From the NCBI GenBank assembly GCA_000934665.2, contig JYFJ02001977.1, forward strand, positions 45,388 through 65,387: a stretch of DNA of 20,000 nt, in the 5' to 3' direction. A program made the position numbers and the translations under genes. Source of the DNA: Catajapyx aquilonaris. Taxonomy: Eukaryota. Below the pieces are notes generated by a model that saw only the letters and a program-made list of their open reading frames with translations, searched no databases and was not told where the DNA came from. Positions 9,208-19,374 of the stretch are shown one piece after another (position 1 is the stretch's first letter; each line of letters starts with the position of its first letter).

Positions 9208-9679
9208 AAGACAATGGCGAGGAGTTGATCACTTTGTAATTGCATGAATTACAATGAGGGACTGCAACGAAAAGCTGAGGGAACATTTTCAATTTTCCAA
9301 CTTGATGAGAACTCAATCCATACACGTCAAGTACGTGTATTTGCACGTAGCGTTTTAAACGTGCATGATCAAGCACTCAAACGTGATAAAATAGGGTAAC
9401 TGCAGGTGCTCCACAATACGTAACTAGCACGCAGCAGTTATGTTCGGTGTCTTCAGGTGCTCGTGGTCGACATTAAATATTATGTATGTTAAATATTAAC
9501 TCTGTAAGTACGGTATCCCAAGTCCCAACTAATGGATTGAACTCCAAGTCTTGATACAAGCATGTCAAATCATTGCATCCGGGATGATGAGATGTATACA
9601 TGCACGCACCCGGGGGATTGACGCACATCGTGTGCCAAAAAGTCTACGCGCCATTCACCTCCCTCCCACCCACATGCTG

Positions 9680-9687
9680 TGACGTCA
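9680..9687. promoter_or_regulatory. Palindromic CRE (TGACGTCA) in the presumed ARFGAP1 promoter
   Basis: Exact 8-bp CRE about 210 nt upstream of the ARFGAP1 ATG, in a CpG-retaining region followed by a pyrimidine-rich leader. Confidence 0.5.
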
Positions 9688-9898
9688 TCTGATGAGGGAT
9701 ACCATCGCCTGCTAGTGCCTACTCTCCACTTCCCATCTCGCAGCTGCCAACTCAGCCATCAGATTTTTCTGCCTTCCTTTTCTCCTTTTCCTTTTCCGAT
9801 CCCAGCAGCGCTCTCTCTCTCTCGTCCTCTGCCGTCGTCGTCGTCTTCCCCTCCTTGTCGGGGCCAGCAGCTGCTGCCCCGATCCCTCCAGCCAGGAC

Positions 9899-12800
9899 AT
9901 GGCCAGCCCCAGGACCAGGCGGGTGCTGCAGGAGATCAGATCGGAGCAGGACAACAACGTAAGGGAATGGGATCAATGAGGATCTTTTGGCAGGTGGTTT
10001 TTGCCTTACCGTGTGCAGCAGACCGTTGGGTGGGACTTTCACTGGGCAGACAGATGGACTGGGGTTATCCAGCGGGTGGGCTCAGTAACAGGTGCAAATG
10101 GACAGTGCGGGTTGTTCATAGCGACAACAGTTGGTTGCATTCAGTGTGCACCATGCATATTTCATGGGATTCATGCCCAATGCTTCAGCAGGAGATGAAC
10201 CGGATGCGACAATATGGATTGGCACAATCAGCTGATTTGACATTGTTGCGGGTGGCTGGGCACCTTATTGTTGCAGGGACATGTTTTCATCCACAGACAA
10301 AAGTTAATTTGACCTGAGCCTCATTTATTATGGCCACCATATGATTGTGGACACTATCCCATAAGATGGCCACATCAAAGTGTCAGGAATAATATTGCCC
10401 TGATAGTGTGTGGACGAGAGTGCCTTATTACACATCTTGCCTGCTTGCGTTATTGTTGAACGTGGCTATGCAGTGATTATTTTCTCATGAAGGATTGTAA
10501 GCAGCCTTATTGGGGAGTATACTCTTAACGATTGCAGTGGTACTTGTGCAATACTGAAGTGACATGCTGTGCAATAAGACGTAAATTATCGTACTGTAAT
10601 AATGGCCCACTCCTACTGCAGTCTTGGTGTAGGCAGCCTATTCTTAAAGAGTGGTTAACTCAGGCCTGGTATTTTATTTTGGAAGCATGGAACTTAAGTA
10701 ACTTTTGGGTGCCAGAATAACCCCTTTAAGGGATTTTATGTGCTCTGTGTTATGCCTTGTTCTCACAAGTGCATTTTCTCTTCCTGAATCATTGATTAAA
10801 TTCTTGGCTTGTCTTCACTGGCATTGTTTGAATTCGTGTGTGTGGGTGCTCTTCAGAATTTAAAAGGGTGCCCGTCCTTCTGAGGCCTAAATCCAGTTAA
10901 CTGTACACATGGAAACAAATTAATGCAAAATGCACTTGCATTTTGTCCAGTTTTGGGACATTTAAAAGATCACAAGGCACTGCCGACCAAATATCATCAG
11001 GGATGCTTTCACTTGCATTTCTTATGTGAGTGTCCATGATGATATTTGATGGAAAATAACTTCATTAGTAATAAGTTAATTTTTAAAGGAAGGACTGACT
11101 TGAATAAGGAGTATGTTTAAGTAGGTAGCGGCAAGATAGCATATGGGCTATAGGAAAACTGTAATGCATTATGAGCACTCATGTCCTGAACAATATTGTT
11201 CAGGACATGAGTGCTCATAATGCATCATCATTGTGATTGTGACCTACCTGTTAATGGCCCACTGCCTTTGTGTATCATTAACATCAGCAGAGTAAGGGCC
11301 ATTGCACTTTCATAATGTCATAGCACAGTGTGTTTCCCCATGTTATTGTTGACAACAGCAAGGAACAACATGCTATTTTTGATACTATGTGATCAGTCCA
11401 ACTGGCCCCAAGGGTACTATTCATACCCATGTAGCCTGTGATAATAACATCAATATCCATGACTTCTCATGCTCGTAAAATGTGCAGGTTTTGCAGCCAA
11501 CATTTTACGGCACAATATATTATTAAGTAACTGTAGCAAAGGACTTTTAGGATACAAATTTTGGTATAGTGCATACTTAATGTCTCCTATGAAAATGCTG
11601 CCGGCTATAAAGACATTGACCATTTTTATTTTCTAGCGCTGCTTTGAATGTGGCGCACCAAACCCCCAATGGGTGTCTGTAAGTTATGGCATCTTCCTTT
11701 GCCTGGAGTGCTCTGGGAAGCATCGTGGCCTGGGGGTCCACCTGTCCTTTGTGCGCTCCACAACAATGGACAAGTGGAAGGACATCGAACTTCAGAAGAT
11801 GAAAGTTGGAGGAAATATGAAGGCCAAGAGGTTCCTAGAATCAAAGTCCGACTGGGATCTTTCCATGCCAATGCAGCAGAGATACAACTCCAAGGCAGCA
11901 GCTCTCTATCGAGATAAGGTTAGCATAACTAATCCTTTCATGTTTTGTACTGGTTCTTGACCTCATATTGGACTCTCATGTTGCTTATCAGGGCGTGTGC
12001 GTAGCTGACTTCTGACTTCTTATGTCCCCATCAAGGCTAATGCCGATGTGATCCCATAATATTATTTATTGATGTTAATACACTTGTGCAGGGACAGTTA
12101 AATTAACACCAGGGTTTGTAATATGGTTATTTAGAGCAATTTTTGCAAAGGTAGAGGTTAATGAGCCTGACTGTGTGATGCTTTCTCCACTTGAATTTTG
12201 AGGCTACCAAATTGTTGGATCTAATTAGTAATAACTTTTAGATACACAGGCTAACTGTATGTACCAAAGGTGAACTCCAGACTACTGCAGTGGAAATAAT
12301 TTCCTTTCAGTCAATGAGGATGCCAACGTAGGACTGTACACATACATTTCACCGATATGGATTTCTCTCTCAGATGACTCATAGACACCTCACATACTGT
12401 ATTATGCCTTTTCTGATCTTACATGCATTTTTTGTAGATTTCAACTTTAGCTGATGGCAAGAGCTGGAGAGAAGAGGAATCCCAAGCTCGTCACCATCAA
12501 CCCAGCAGCATAATGGCTAAAAGTGCATCCACACCATCATTTCGAAGTGGGGGCGGGTTGAGCGGTGGGTCTGCAGGAGGGGGAAGCGGCTACCATGATT
12601 CTTGGGACATGAATGGAGGTGGAGGTTACCAGGGCGGTGGAGGTGTTTATGAGTCATATCAGAGTTACAGCGACCAGAAGGAGTCATTTTTCAATCGTAA
12701 ACAGGTGGAAAATGCATCCAGGCCAGAGTAAGTAATGAATATTAATTGTCGATTAAGGATATGCTTCTGAAGCAGAAATTTTAGTGAATTTGTAGTTTTT

Positions 12801-15800
12801 AAGCATCCATAAAATGTCACATGTGATATTATGATTATTCCTGATGATTTGGTGACTATTAGTCAGAGATTTGGGGATTGCTTATGGTAAATTGAGACCA
12901 TGTTTTTGAAGTAAAATTTTGTCAGATCTACCCAATAATAACAAATTACACTAACAATAAGTACAAGGTTCAAAGGCTAAAGCTGAAATGATGGGCATTG
13001 TGTTCAGAGAAATCTTTAATTTTTCCCTTTAAAGCGGTTTGCCACCATCACAAGGCGGACGCTACTCAGGTTTTGGATACACCATGGATCCTCCACCAAG
13101 AAGCACTTCCCAAGAATTTTTTGACACAGCTGTCTCCTCCCTTGCAAGTGTAAGGCATTTATCAACTATCCCATCAATATCGCATATTTCACTCTTTTGA
13201 CACAGTTTGAATGAGTGTAAACTGTCTTCTAGGGCTGGTCCACGTTTTCCATTGGAGCATCGCGCTTCGCTTCCAAAGCTACAGAAAATGCTCTCAAACT
13301 AGGCGGTGCTGCTACACAAAAAGTAACTGAATTAAGCGATTCTGTCAGTGAAAAGGTGAGTACAATAAATTATTGTTAAGCGAAGAATAGTGTAGTGTGG
13401 TGTCATTAGAATTGTAGCCCTGCATGCAGGTGCCATTTTCATATCAGGCAGTTTTTCCATTCTTATTTTTAGGCTTTTATTAGGCCATTAGAACAAGTCG
13501 CTTCAAATCATTTGCACTTTCGATTTACCCAGTGATACACATCTGCTGTGGTTCTGGTGTTAAGTTCACTCAGTTGATTTAAAATGCAACATTTTCAGTG
13601 CAGTTGTGTTGGTTGCTTTTTATGTTAATTTTGCTCCCCCTGCATATGTGTCTAGGTCAGAGAAGGTCGTCTTATGACTGATGTCTCCGACCATGTGACA
13701 GGGGTGGCCCAGAAGGTGAGTGTTCACCGCATGCCTTTTTTGTTCTGTGGTTCTCCTTTCCTTGTGTATTTTGGATGATGTCAGGTGTTGCCGGGAAAGG
13801 GCCTCCAAGTTTGGCCACAGGAAATTCTCCCGCCCCTTCCACCCTCCCCCACCTCATTTTAAATAGTTGGGAGGGTTTGTGGTGGGGGTGGAAGGTCGGT
13901 AGAGGTTTAGGAAGACCTTGGCAAGCTCCATTAGAGCAGCTGGAAATGGGAAAACAAGATTATTGGGGAAGAAAAGTGCTTTAAAGCGGTTTTGACAGTT
14001 GCTCGAGAAAAGTGGTTTTACCTTTGTTCATGGGGAAAGAATCATTGTTTTGGAAAATTCTCCCAAGTGTGAAAAAGGGAAGGTGAGGGTGAAAGAAAAA
14101 TTGGGTCAGGATTTTTGTTTCATAAGGATTTTAACACCGTGAAGAACACTGGTTGAGCCAAACTCCTACACGGTTGCATTTTTTGTCACGGCCAGCTCCC
14201 AGCTGTGATTGTGAACTAGTGAATTATGCAACTAAATCGTCTGATAGAACTGAAGTAGGAAAGATTAATCATTCTAATTAAACAGACATATATAATACAC
14301 GTGCCAGACATTTGCATGCGAGATAACCTAGTCTTAAAATTGGGCAACACGGCATCCATTAGTGTGTGGATAAGGCGTAATGAGTGGGAAGAAAATAAGT
14401 GCTTCTGGGTGATGTGATATAACACATGTGGGTTGTTCACATATAGGATCACATCCTCTTCTGATCATTTTGCGTGCTGCCTAGAGCATTGCACAATCAT
14501 GAAAATCTAAGGTTAGTTCAAATTGGCTGTGGGGGGGGGAATGGAAAAATACAACAAAAAATAAAGACAGGAAAGGGCCTTTTTTTATACGTCCTTGCAC
14601 TAACTTTTTATTTCCTGTTACTTTTTTACCACCACCCCAGAAGAAACTAAGGCATGAAATTGGAGAGCAACAGGTGAATATGAAGTTGAGCCCATACGTA
14701 GTGCCAACTGTAGCGAATAAGGAATTAGCTAGGTGAACGGGCATGACGTGTTACTTTTCATAGTGACATATTTATATGTATAGTGTAGTACTGTATGTAA
14801 ACGATGTGGGTGGAACGCATTATGTCACCAATTTTTTAAGACCCACATTTTTGTGTGTGTAGTACTGCAGTGATATGAATCCGTAATTAGCAAGTGAAAA
14901 TGACGTGTTGTTAAACAAGGACGTTCGCATGAGCTGCTATAGTTGGGGAGAGAAAGTGGATCAAAAAAAATTGCGGTAAACGAATTGCGTTCATGTTTTC
15001 AGTCTGTAGCCAACTGTAGCACTATTGCATCGAAAGGCACGAACACGCGTCCCTGTCAGACAGTTTTTTTTTTGTTTTTTTTTACCTTGTCTTGCACGTT
15101 TGAGGCCAACCCGCAGAATTATATTATAAAGGGAGATTTGGAGGTGAAGGCCTTCTTTTCTTTTCTCGAGCGAGACCAAAGGCATTATAACAACTTGCTT
15201 TGTTCAGCTCCCAGGTAATGCGAACTTGACCGTAACGCCCGTAATGAAAGCTTACAAGATGTGCGAATAATGAGGGTATTTTAAGGAGACTATACGCAGA
15301 TACACTCGCGGAAATAAGTAAGGTAGCAGACCTGAAGCTCAACTTAGCCACTGGGCATTTTATATGACAAAGGCATTTTCTATCGCTATTCGCCTGGAGG
15401 TATCGCAGCCATCGAGTTGTCCGGAATGCTGCTCCCGAGAATTCCGTGAGAAAAATCGCGTGGGAAAAAACAGTCATGAGAAAAATTATCCGGGACCACC
15501 GGACGACGCCGGTTTTGTCGTCGACGTTGGACCAGCAACACGGTCGGTGAACGACTCTGTTTTTATCGGCGGCCGGAATCAAAAGGAGGGGCGTATCCAT
15601 GTGCAAAGGAGCGGGTGACGTAGCCCCCTGCAGGTGTGGCTTAGATCGTGTGCGGCACAGGTACATTCAGGAGGTTGGATCGGATCGGAGTGGAAGTGTG
15701 CAGTGATGGCTCGGGCCGAAGATAGGGGTTTGGTCAATTGCAATCGGGGGTTGGGGTTGGGGGTACATGCCAGAGGTGCTTTTAGGAAGATAGAGGCCAA

Positions 15801-18668
15801 GGTGAGATATTTAGTGTGTGTGTGTGTGTGTTGTATACACCTTGGTGAGGATCGATCGGCTTGGTGTGCATGTCGACCGGAAATATAGTGCGGTGTTTTT
15901 TTTTTTTTGTTGCGATGTGGCCAAAGACCCGGGTATTTTGTGCGGCGTACGTTGGGTTGACCCTGGCCAACAGCAGCATCGATCTGGTGGTCAGTCATGT
16001 TTTGTCTCGTTGAAAACTCGGGGGGTGACATTCAGGACGGAAATAAGGACGGGATATGACTCTTTAATTTGTTTAAAAAAAATATGACACGAGAATTAAA
16101 GGCTCAGTGGCGGTTAACATGTTTTTCTCCCGAACCATTCATATAAATATTTTGCATGGCCAAAGCAAGGTAAACCGCCGATTATTACATATCCGCAGTG
16201 GTGCAACTGTCTGAAGGTCCTCCCTAATTACCATATTCAGCCGACTTCATTACAAAAAAAAAAGAGAGTACAAACTGTGGCCTAATTAACATCCGGAAAC
16301 AGGAAGGCGATGTCTTGACATTGAAATGCCAGACTTTGTAACGGTTAGATTTGAGTATGAATAGCATATTTGCCATTCTTCGTTCATCCTGCTCTTTTAG
16401 ATGCGGGAGTGACTCATGCCATCTCATCGTTGTATGTGCGGCATACATGGCCCTGAGAACATGGCGTTTGGCAAGCTTTTAAAATAGGGGGCTTTACAGG
16501 AGCGTGAAAATGGTGCGGGAACAATGTTGGTACGGCAATTGCAACCCTTCCTGTTTGACCCAATTAAAATATCCGGTGACTTTGCGGTACTTGTTTGGAG
16601 GGCGAAATTTTTTTGGACTTCCATGTGTGAGAGTGGTTGGTTTTTTTTTTCCAGTGGTGTAACATAAATATATCACTTCCCCCCACACACCAGCTTTCAT
16701 ATCATACGTGGAGCATATCTGGTTTTCTAATACCGGCCAGTGATTCGCTTCCGCTTCAGATCTGTAGATTAGAGACTTTCGGTATATTTTTTCGATGATC
16801 CTTGAGAGTTATGTAATGGTCTCCACCCATTTTTGTCCCTATCTAATTGTAGCGTTTTTTTGTATGGAGACTTTTCCCAAGGTAACACCTACCTTATTAG
16901 TCATAATGTTTCGTAATGGTATGGTCCATAGCATGTTGGTGGAATAAAAGCAGGCTGTGCACAAATATGTGCAAAATGGATGCAAGTTGTCTGTAGGCGA
17001 ATCTGTCAGGTGTTCTGCTGTCATAACGTAGTAAATGCAGTATGTGCACCACCTGCAGATCATGCTCTGATTGCAATGCTTTTACAATTGCAAATGTAAG
17101 CGACAATAAGTAATGTTTATGGGCTATTTTTTTTAGGTTGGAGACTTGGGGAAGAGAGGATGGCGTGATTTCTCTGGGGTTTTTGGACCGCCTAAGACGT
17201 CATTGGAAACTGCAGAAGGAGCTCCAAATGAGAAGTCTTCGCTGCTGGGAGATGGAGGCGCAGGTGCAGCAAGGCCCCCTAGGTATGGCCACATTACACA
17301 TTCCGTTTTTGTCCTTACATAAGAAATGATACGACTGTCTTGCAAGTAGATTACTCCATAATTAGCTTGTTTTCCTGCTATTGCGAGGCTAATATTTCCT
17401 CCTTTATGCCCTGGATATTCTACTACAAAGTGACTATGAAGTCACATTAATTAGTAGTGGATGAATTTTTAATCCGGCACTGGCTTAGGGGACATGCAAA
17501 ATGGATATTAAAGGGTGCTTGCACTCTAACGAGGTTAGGCTGCAACATTGGGAGGCACGTAATGCGGGTGTAAACAGTTAAACAACTGCCTATTGAGCCA
17601 GTTCTTCTACTCGATTCGGCACTTATTGAACTGGATGTGTGGTGTCCCAGGTGGAAATGGAGATTACCAGGTATCCTTGAGCTGATAATTCAGCTGCATT
17701 GTACATGCCACTTATTCTTCGAAATGGTTCAGAGAATTGGCATCCTTCTGCCCTGTATGTGACGTGTTGAGCAAAAGGCAGTGGCAAGTGACAAAATGTG
17801 ATTACCCAAGGACCCAGCCATATTCAGCAGGGAAAAGAAACCAGAAGTTTTTCCTTCAACTTGAGATAGGTCATGGATGTACAAAATGTGGATACATCCT
17901 CTCTACACTCATTTACAACTACAAGTTAGTTGTTTTTTTGTTGCATTTTGAATGCCTCATGTGGGTGTGGCTGTAGCATAAACTTGAGTTGCAGATGTTT
18001 AACTACGTTGCTGGCCTATTCAATTAGAGAAAAGTATCTTATGAAAGAACTTCTGGCTTGGAAAATGTATTACCCTCTTTACTTTCACTGTAACAATCTG
18101 TTAATGCTACATAGTGTACACTTTTAGAGAATATTTGACAGGTGTAAGAGTTCAGTGTTTTGGTTACTCTTATATAATTATGCCCTGTGGATATTGGAAG
18201 TTGTTGCATAATTTCCTTCACAATGAAGCACTGTGCCATGTGGTTGATCCTTTTGCTACGAGGCCATTATGTAAAGTAGGGAAGGTCCAAGGTTAATCGC
18301 AAAACTTGACACTTTTTGAAATCCGTATTTAATGACTCATGTTGGTGTTGTCCAGGTCAATGATGGGAAGTGATGGTGACTCACCCCTCCTGAAAGAGAG
18401 CCCGAGGAGCATGAGTGGGCGGGGAGGCAGTAGGAGAGGCATAGAAGAGGAAGACGATTGGAGCTGGGGCTCAGGAGGATCATCCAATTCAGACCACAAT
18501 GCCAAGAGCCCCAAGAAGTCACCAAAGTCTCCTCCCAGGTCACAATCATTACAACCTGCTCCACCCAAGGGGAAGAAGACTTTGCAGAAGGACACCAGTG
18601 AGGACCTGCTCATTGACCTGCAGGACGGGGCGGATGATTGGGATGCAAAGTGGGACAGTTGGAAATAA
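9899..18668 (+). CDS. ARFGAP1: ADP-ribosylation factor GTPase-activating protein 1, 8 coding exons, 462 aa
   Basis: Exons 9899-9958, 11637-11918, 12438-12727, 13035-13149, 13233-13355, 13656-13715, 17137-17282, 18356-18668; all GT-AG; 1389 nt. It starts [13 protein letters not shown]. The ArfGAP zinc finger is CFEC-x16-CLEC-SGKHR, followed by [15 protein letters not shown] and [17 protein letters not shown]-like amphipathic segments are [23 protein letters not shown] and [32 protein letters not shown]. The C-terminus is acidic and Trp-rich ([11 protein letters not shown]). Confidence 0.94.
11164..11225. repeat. Perfect spacerless 62-bp palindrome in ARFGAP1 intron 1
   Basis: ATGCATTATGAGCACTCATGTCCTGAACAAT (11164-11194) is immediately followed by its exact reverse complement (11195-11225). 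Confidence 0.97.
15814..15831. repeat. (GT)9 microsatellite
   Basis: Read directly from the sequence. Confidence 0.9.
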
Positions 18669-19065
18669 GGCATCTAAAAGTAACTTAAACCATGTTATAA
18701 AGAATTCAATCTGATGTCACATGGCATCACAATCAAGAGCCCAGTATGTGTTGGTGAATCTCTTATTTTAATGGCGTGTGTGTCGCAGGAGAGTGAGATT
18801 GCAAAGCTGGGATTACAGGTCAAGGTAGATATTAAAGCTATTTTTTTCCCTCCCTTTTTCTGTGGTCCACTTGTGATGTCAAGGAGTGTTTTTTCTGCTT
18901 AGTAGCAAGTCTCATTTTTGGTAAAATATGTAAGGAATTCAAATAATGGGACTTGCTACTGAGTTTTACTCAAGGTATTCATGGTGGTTGGAAGTGTCTC
19001 CAACTTGACAATCCAATTAAACAATTTGAATTTTAGGGATTTGGGGGGTGATATTAGGAGGGCGT

Positions 19066-19071
19066 AATAAA
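19066..19071 (+). terminator. Probable ARFGAP1 polyadenylation signal
   Basis: AATAAA about 400 nt after the stop. Weaker ATTAAA variants occur at 18831 and 19016. Confidence 0.5.
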
Positions 19072-19107
19072 TTCCACATTTGAAATCGTTACAATTGAGA
19101 GTCCAGT

Positions 19108-19113
19108 TTTATT
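19108..19113 (-). terminator. Probable polyadenylation signal of the convergent minus-strand gene
   Basis: TTTATT on plus is AATAAA on minus, about 40 nt after the TAG at 19155-19153. Confidence 0.45.
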
Positions 19114-19152
19114 CTAAACCCAAATAAGAAAGCAAATGTAGAAGTGAAAAAA

Positions 19153-19374
19153 CTACCAGTAGAAAGAACGCTGGAAGAAGGAAGTGGCAGAACTTAACCA
19201 AACACAAGCGTTTTCCTTCAGTCCACGCACAGCCACGGCATTGTCCTGAACAGGCTTGACTGGAGAGTCCTCTTCTGGGAGGTAATCTGGGATAGCAGCT
19301 GCCTCTGCAGGACCTGGCAGGTTCTCTTTAGCCACCGGCTGCTGGTTCTCTTCGGCTTTGCAAGCAGGCTTTAT
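19153..19374 (-). CDS. Terminal coding exon of an unidentified convergent gene (rest of gene lies beyond the window)
   Basis: On minus, the acceptor ttgtttgcag (AG at 19376-19375) is followed by 73 codons: IKPACKAEENQQPVAKENLPGPAEAAAIPDYLPEEDSPVKPVQDNAVAVRGLKENACVWLSSATSFFQRSFYW*. GC content is exon-like against AT-rich flanks, and an AATAAA follows. Confidence 0.7.
   Translation of the reverse strand: MKPACKAEENQQPVAKENLPGPAEAAAIPDYLPEEDSPVKPVQDNAVAVRGLKENACVWLSSATSFFQRSFYW

Noticed and set aside
7488..9700. Hammerhead ribozyme cores at CTGATGA (about 7488, 8782, 9689)
   Set aside because: No stem II followed by GAAA and no matching stems I/III.
9679..10317. 212-aa plus-strand ORF over the ARFGAP1 start
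   Set aside because: Non-ATG start, out of frame with the conserved [10 protein letters not shown] exon, and low-complexity translation of a CT-rich leader and intron.
10645..10729. TTAA-flanked Kolobok/piggyBac-like MITE
   Set aside because: The putative TIRs (AGAGTGGTTA versus AGGGGTTA) are too degenerate to support.
11036..11098. ATGATGA...CTGA pair resembling a C/D snoRNA in ARFGAP1 intron 1
   Set aside because: No terminal stem, an AT-rich interior without an evident guide, and the C box is part of the 10988-11048 hairpin arm.
15124..16087. ORFs of 84-180 aa in the CpG-rich intron block
   Set aside because: No recognisable domain. They overlap on both strands and run through homopolymers and microsatellites, as expected for chance ORFs in GC-richer DNA.
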